DNA from: an uncultured archaeon
GTDB lineage: Archaea > Iainarchaeota > Iainarchaeia > Iainarchaeales > CSSED10-239
Assembly (NCBI GenBank): GCA_964586355.1
Contig: CAZPGO010000023.1
Location: forward strand, 1 to 11,893
DNA length: 11,893 nt
Direction of reading: 5' to 3'
Every line of letters begins with the position of its first letter. The first letter of the stretch is position 1. Shown here one piece after another: positions 8,350 through 11,893 of the stretch. A program made the translations under genes and the position numbers. Below the pieces are notes generated by a model. It searched no databases and had not been told where the DNA came from. It was given only the letters and a program-made list of their open reading frames with translations.

Positions 8350-8357
8350 TTTTTAAA
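8350..8357 (-). promoter_or_regulatory. TATA-box-like element for gene 7498..8325
   Basis: The minus strand reads TTTAAAAA, centred ~28 nt upstream of ATG 8325, with no SD-like tract in between. Confidence 0.35.
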
Positions 8358-8396
8358 GTTAAAGGTTATGAAAATAAATAGAACCTTATAAAAATA

Positions 8397-10223
8397 TCAT
8401 CTTGGTCTATTATCTATGTGATAAGGATAGCCCCAATTAAATCTAGAATCAATAGCCCACAGATCAGTAAAATCCCAACCAGCATTTTCAAAAGTAGATC
8501 TTGTATTCATTTCAACTGTTGTTTTTGGAATACCTTTTCCAGTATCAACTTGACCTGAATTTTGAGAATCATAAAAACAATTTGTGACTTGTCCATTAAA
8601 AAGCCAACCAACAAGACCACCTGTTCCTTGATTTACTGGATTTACTAAACCAACAGAATAACTATTTGAAATATAACATGATTCTTCAGCAGGACATTCT
8701 TCTCCAAATCCACCAACTAATCCACCAATCTCTCCTGATAGAACATCATTAGAAATCACATTAACTTTTGAATAACTGGATTTTATAGAACCAATAAAAT
8801 TATATCCCATTAATCCACCAGCACCATGACCACTTATATATATGTCTCCATCTGCTGATGAATTTTCTAAATTTACATAACCACACCCAACAATTGATCC
8901 AACACTACTTCGACCATAAATGTCTACATTTCTCAATCTTAAATTTTTTATTGTAACAATATTATCATAAGATCCAACATACCCAAACAAACCAAGATAA
9001 TCTTCTAAAGGCTTATAAACAGATAAATTTACTATCGCATGATTTCGCCCATCAAAAGAACCAGTAAATGGGTTTTGCTGTGTGCCTATTGGGGTCCAAT
9101 AATATCTGTTTCCCATATCATCAGAAGTTAAAAATATATCTGCTCCTAAAGCATAATGTGCAGAAAGATTATTTTTTATATATTCTAAACCACCAACAGA
9201 ACAAATAATATAAGGATCTTCTTCTGATCCATTACCACTAGGAAAACAATAATCATATTCTACTTCTAAAAAAGAACTAACAGTATAAGTTTCATTAAAA
9301 CTAGTTATCTCAAAAATCAACTCATATAACTGAGGAGCTATATTTAGATTTTGTGGACTAATTAAATGCAAATCAGCAGTTCCAACTCTTGTAGAGTGTC
9401 TTAATTTCTTATTATAAAAAACTAACCCAAAAGGCAGATAAGGCATTCCTTGCAAAAAATAATCGTGGTCGTCAATATTAAAAATTCTTGTTTCCCAATG
9501 ACCGTGATTATGAAGTTGTTTAACCTCTATTAACTCTAGATCACACTCATCTCCACAATATTCTTCCAAAGAAACATTATAAATCTCTCTTTTAAAGGGC
9601 TCTAAATATAAAGGTAAAAGACACCTCCCAAAATCATAATCATTTGTGGTTATTTTTTTTACTGCTTTTGTTTCGTCTTCAAAAAAAATCTCTAAATTAA
9701 ACTCTCTTTCAGGATAACAGGCTATAGGAATTGTTGTTATTCCTCCTGAAATTAGATTTTTTTGCTCATTTTCATCAAAAAATATATATCTGTTCAATAA
9801 ACTAGCATTCATTTTAGAAATTATAGAATAGCCAGTAATATTTAGATTCTCTTTAGAACTATTTTTTATTTGAATAGAATTATTTTTAAGTGGCTCTACA
9901 TTTAAAAAAAAATCAACATCTGATTTTTTATAGTCTTTAACAACATCTGATAAGGAGGATAATTTTCCCTTAGTAAATATAGATCCAAAATTTAAAATCA
10001 CTAAAACTATTACCAAAGCAACAACAATTAATAAAACATTTACAATAAGAACACTTATACTTTTTGTCTTATGTTTCTTTTGATTAATTAGATCTATATT
10101 TAATTTAGATCTTTTTAAAGAAGTCTGTTTATTTTTTACTACTATTTTCTTTTGTGCTTTTTTTATTTGTTTTTTAACATATTTGTTGTTTTTTTCAGAT
10201 TGTTGTCTTTTTTCATTTGCCAT
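8397..10223 (-). CDS. Large surface protein: Lys-rich N-terminal extension, pilin-like anchor helix, conserved post-helix module, an unassigned central domain, and a C-terminal GLUG-motif beta-helix-type domain
   Basis: The ORF encodes 608 aa. Residues 1-54 are highly basic. Residues 55-78, KSISVLIVNVLLIVVALVIVLVIL, resemble the pilin helix of the other two genes. The stretch NLNITGYSIISK...ITTIPIACYPERE aligns with NIVSYKFILSS...ITIIPIECFPDN and LNIIGYKIISS...VLEIDCYPED in those genes. From about residue 333 the sequence reads EEDPYIICSVGGLEYIKNNLSAHYALGADIFL, followed by repeated GGLMG / GGLVGG / GGLVGW motifs (GLUG motif). It ends FYDSQNSG...GKGIPKTTVEM...TFENAGWDFTDLWAID...WGYPYH, as in GLUG-repeat adhesin-like proteins. 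Confidence 0.8.
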   Translation of the reverse strand: MANEKRQQSEKNNKYVKKQIKKAQKKIVVKNKQTSLKRSKLNIDLINQKKHKTKSISVLIVNVLLIVVALVIVLVILNFGSIFTKGKLSSLSDVVKDYKKSDVDFFLNVEPLKNNSIQIKNSSKENLNITGYSIISKMNASLLNRYIFFDENEQKNLISGGITTIPIACYPEREFNLEIFFEDETKAVKKITTNDYDFGRCLLPLYLEPFKREIYNVSLEEYCGDECDLELIEVKQLHNHGHWETRIFNIDDHDYFLQGMPYLPFGLVFYNKKLRHSTRVGTADLHLISPQNLNIAPQLYELIFEITSFNETYTVSSFLEVEYDYCFPSGNGSEEDPYIICSVGGLEYIKNNLSAHYALGADIFLTSDDMGNRYYWTPIGTQQNPFTGSFDGRNHAIVNLSVYKPLEDYLGLFGYVGSYDNIVTIKNLRLRNVDIYGRSSVGSIVGCGYVNLENSSADGDIYISGHGAGGLMGYNFIGSIKSSYSKVNVISNDVLSGEIGGLVGGFGEECPAEESCYISNSYSVGLVNPVNQGTGGLVGWLFNGQVTNCFYDSQNSGQVDTGKGIPKTTVEMNTRSTFENAGWDFTDLWAIDSRFNWGYPYHIDNRPR

Positions 10224-10244
10224 TTTTATTCACATTTAAATAGG

Positions 10245-10255
10245 TATATATTAAA
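10245..10255 (-). promoter_or_regulatory. TATA-box-like element for gene 8397..10223
   Basis: The minus strand reads TTTAATATATA, centred ~27 nt upstream of ATG 10223. Confidence 0.35.
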
Positions 10256-10268
10256 AGATTTTTGAAAT

Positions 10269-11211
10269 TTAATAATCTATCATTTTTTTATGAATACTTA
10301 TTATTGCACTTTTAGCAATAACTAAATATATTATATTTGTTAAAATATTTATTACACTTCTTCCAAAAATACTAATATATAATAATCCAATAATTAAATT
10401 TCCAATTGTTTGATTAGAGAGTATAATAATAACACCAAAATAACACAAAAAAATAATTCTAAAAAAAGTAATTGATGCCCTAAAGGTCTGATTTAGAGAA
10501 ACTAATGAATTTTTATTTTTTAAATTTTTTTCAAACTCAAAAGAGGAAATTACTCTAAACTGTTTTAGATATTCTTTTGAATCTTTATTCTTTCTTTTAA
10601 GATCTTGTAATAATGAAAAATAAGATTTGTTTTTTTCTTTATAGATATTATCTAAAGTTTTTTTGTTTTTAGTTAATATGTAATTAAACAAAACAAGATA
10701 AATTACAAAAAACAAAAAAAACCAAGAGGTATATTTAAACAAATCTTTACTAAAAAAAAAACATTATTACAAAAACAGATAATAAAGAAATAATGTTTGT
10801 GTAATAAGTAAAAATAATATTTTTAACAAATAAAGAATATCTTTTTGTGTATATTTCTAGATCTCTTAGATCTTTTTCTAAAGAAATCTTTTTTTTTATT
10901 AATATTTTTGAAAAAACTAATTCTTTAAGATTCTTTTCTAGTTTTAGTAAAAATTTGTTTAGAAACTTATTTACCCAAATATCCAGTAATAGTTTAAAAA
11001 TAAATAAAATTATAAAAAAGATACTAAAGTAGATCAATAAAGAGAGATCTTTATTTGGATATAAGAATCTTATATATATTTGTGTAATTAAAGGTAGGCA
11101 TGCAAATAACACAGAAGATATAAAAACAAGAAAGAAATACAAAAACAGATCTTTTTTCTGTCTAAAAAAAAGGCTTTTAAAAAATAAAGCCAGATGTGTT
11201 TTGTAATACAT
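10269..11211 (-). pseudogene. ABC-exporter-type transmembrane domain (about six TM helices) split into two ORFs by a frameshift in a homopolymer; no nucleotide-binding domain follows
   Basis: ORF 10750..11211 (ATG start) ends ...VFVIMFFF-TAG inside an A10 run on the plus strand (10752-10761), which is T10 on the coding strand. ORF 10269..10742 only has a TTG start, and its frame stays open upstream through the run. Removing one T gives the continuous reading ...IMFFFSKDLFKYTSWFF... (~313 aa). The layout resembles a type I ABC exporter TMD, for example LEKNLKELVFSKILIKK after TM2 and TIGNLIIGLLYISIFGRSVINIL...AKSAIISIHKKMI at the end. The sequence is low in complexity, so the family call is tentative. 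The next gene starts 45 nt downstream, which leaves no room for an ATPase domain. Confidence 0.45.
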
Positions 11212-11236
11212 AAAAAATACCTACTAAAAATAAAAA

Positions 11237-11333
11237 TACCCGTCTCCGGGTACTATAATTTCTGTATTTCTACAGACCCAGGGGTTAGCCTAGGAAACAA
11301 CACAGATAAACACACTTTCAGGAGTACAGGTTG
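11237..11333 (-). ncRNA. Candidate small structured RNA or structured leader: a G+C-rich island with three adjacent hairpins
   Basis: This is the only non-coding G+C-rich patch in the window. On the minus strand the hairpins are CCUAGG-CUAACC-CCUGGG (11294-11277, with a U-G wobble that would be a C-A mismatch on the plus strand), UCUGUA-GAAA-UACAGA (11276-11261, GNRA loop) and UACCCG-GAGA-CGGGUA (11252-11237, GNRA loop). They are followed by UUUUUAUUUUU. The wobble pair and the GNRA loops favour the minus strand. The T-rich tract could instead be the TATA box of the ABC-like gene (ATG 11211). I could not assign a family. Confidence 0.35.
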
Positions 11334-11817
11334 TTTTTTTGTTTTTTTGTAAAAAATATAATATTTAATTATTTTATATTTAAATATATAAAATAAATTT
11401 AAGTAAAACAGTTTATAAATATATTTATCCCCTTTTAACTAAATTACTTTTAAAGATTTTATATTATTAAACTTTCTTTTTAAGGATCACTTTTTTGAGG
11501 ATTATTTCTATCTATGTCGTTTTTGTTTTTTCTTTCCCTAGACTTTCTTTTCAAGAAAGGGTATTTTATTTAATTTTTTTCTGAAAAAAAACTATTTGAT
11601 GAATCATTTTTCAAAAAAAAGGGTCTTTTTCTAGGGTTTCTTTTTAAGGAAAACAATATTAAAGATCAATAAAAAAATAGAATAAAAATCCAAATCTTTT
11701 TTGTAGGGGCTTTATTTAAAATAAAAATAATTAGATAATAAATCTTTTTTTACTTTAAGTTTGTGTCTAATATTATAATAGTCTTTATACTTGTATTTGT
11801 AAAATATCTATATTCAG

Positions 11818-11892
11818 TCATATTCTCCACCAATCCCCAAACCCTGCTGGAAACCCTGTGCCGTCTCCTGAATCTCCAGGAATGGTTATACC
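11818..11892 (-). CDS. 3' end (24 codons plus TGA) of an unidentified gene that extends beyond the right edge
   Basis: The minus-strand frame reads GITIPGDSGDGTGFPAGFGDWWRI-TGA, with the stop at 11820-11818. G+C content rises sharply here relative to the adjacent spacer, and the orientation matches all other genes. Two plus-strand frames are also open across this short stretch, so strand and frame remain uncertain. Confidence 0.35.
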   Translation of the reverse strand, partial: GITIPGDSGDGTGFPAGFGDWWRI

Positions 11893-11893
11893 A

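Noticed and set aside
8362-8387. Inverted repeat AAGGTT...AACCTT downstream of the 608-aa gene as an intrinsic terminator hairpin
   Set aside because: It has only 6 bp with a 14-nt loop and overlaps the putative promoter region of the next gene. The T-tracts alone probably suffice for archaeal termination, so the evidence is too weak to list.
8149-8391. Plus-strand ORF of 80 aa
   Set aside because: It lies antisense to the N-terminal flavodoxin-like part of the EFR1-type gene and runs on into the spacer that carries that gene's promoter. No motif supports it.
10847-11032. Plus-strand ORF of 61 aa
   Set aside because: It lies antisense to the ABC-like membrane-domain ORF and is a low-complexity shadow ORF.
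11237-11333. Possible tRNA, split tRNA half, or C/D or H/ACA sRNA in the G+C-rich island
   Set aside because: I found no 7-nt anticodon loop, no T-loop (GTTCRAnnC-like) and no acceptor pairing on either strand. There is also no RUGAUGA/CUGA box pair and no ACA-box geometry. I kept it only as an unclassified candidate RNA.
11581-11602. CTGA (11581-11584) followed by TGATGA (11597-11602), resembling D' and C' boxes of a C/D sRNA
   Set aside because: There is no upstream C box or downstream D box, and no terminal stem. In sequence this AT-rich, such short words are expected by chance.
11470-11655. Recurring short motifs (TTTCTTTTTAAGGA x2 and variants) considered as a CRISPR array or tandem repeat
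   Set aside because: There are only two exact copies of a 14-mer, ~150 nt apart. The spacing is irregular, the repeat lacks CRISPR-like length (24-40 nt) and there is no regular spacer pattern.
11861-11868. Possible DGR variable-region/template-repeat pair: the 8-mer ccgtctcc is shared by the right-edge gene's C-terminus and the G+C-rich island (11240-11247)
   Set aside because: The identity does not extend beyond 8 nt on either side. There is no adenine-specific mismatch pattern and no reverse transcriptase gene in the window.

Overview
This is an AT-rich window, roughly 25-30% G+C by eye. Every convincing gene is on the minus strand, and the content points to a small-genome archaeon, possibly DPANN-like (inference). 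The evidence is archaeal class III (prepilin-type) signal peptides, TATA-like boxes about 27-30 nt upstream of several ATGs (leaderless-type promoters), and an intein-bearing PEP synthase. From right to left on the minus strand the window holds: the last 24 codons of an unidentified gene; a ~600 bp non-coding stretch with a small G+C-rich hairpin cluster that may be a structured RNA; an ABC-exporter-like membrane domain split by a frameshift in an A10/T10 run and lacking an ATPase domain; a 608-aa surface protein with a pilin-like anchor and a GLUG-motif beta-helix; an EFR1-type flavodoxin/2x[4Fe-4S] ferredoxin; a DUF2207-type membrane protein with a Gly-rich tail; ppsA (PEP synthase) interrupted by a 518-codon LAGLIDADG intein; and two overlapping tandem pilin-like genes, one fused to a LamG lectin fold and one truncated by the window edge. 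The most notable items are the intein, which sits in the ATP-grasp AEDLP|SASFAGQQ motif and carries an extra zinc ribbon, and a conserved ~100-aa module after the anchor helix that all three pilin-like genes share in front of different C-terminal domains. I recognised no rRNA, tRNA, CRISPR array, transposase or integrase. All homology statements rest on motif recognition by eye, not on database searches.
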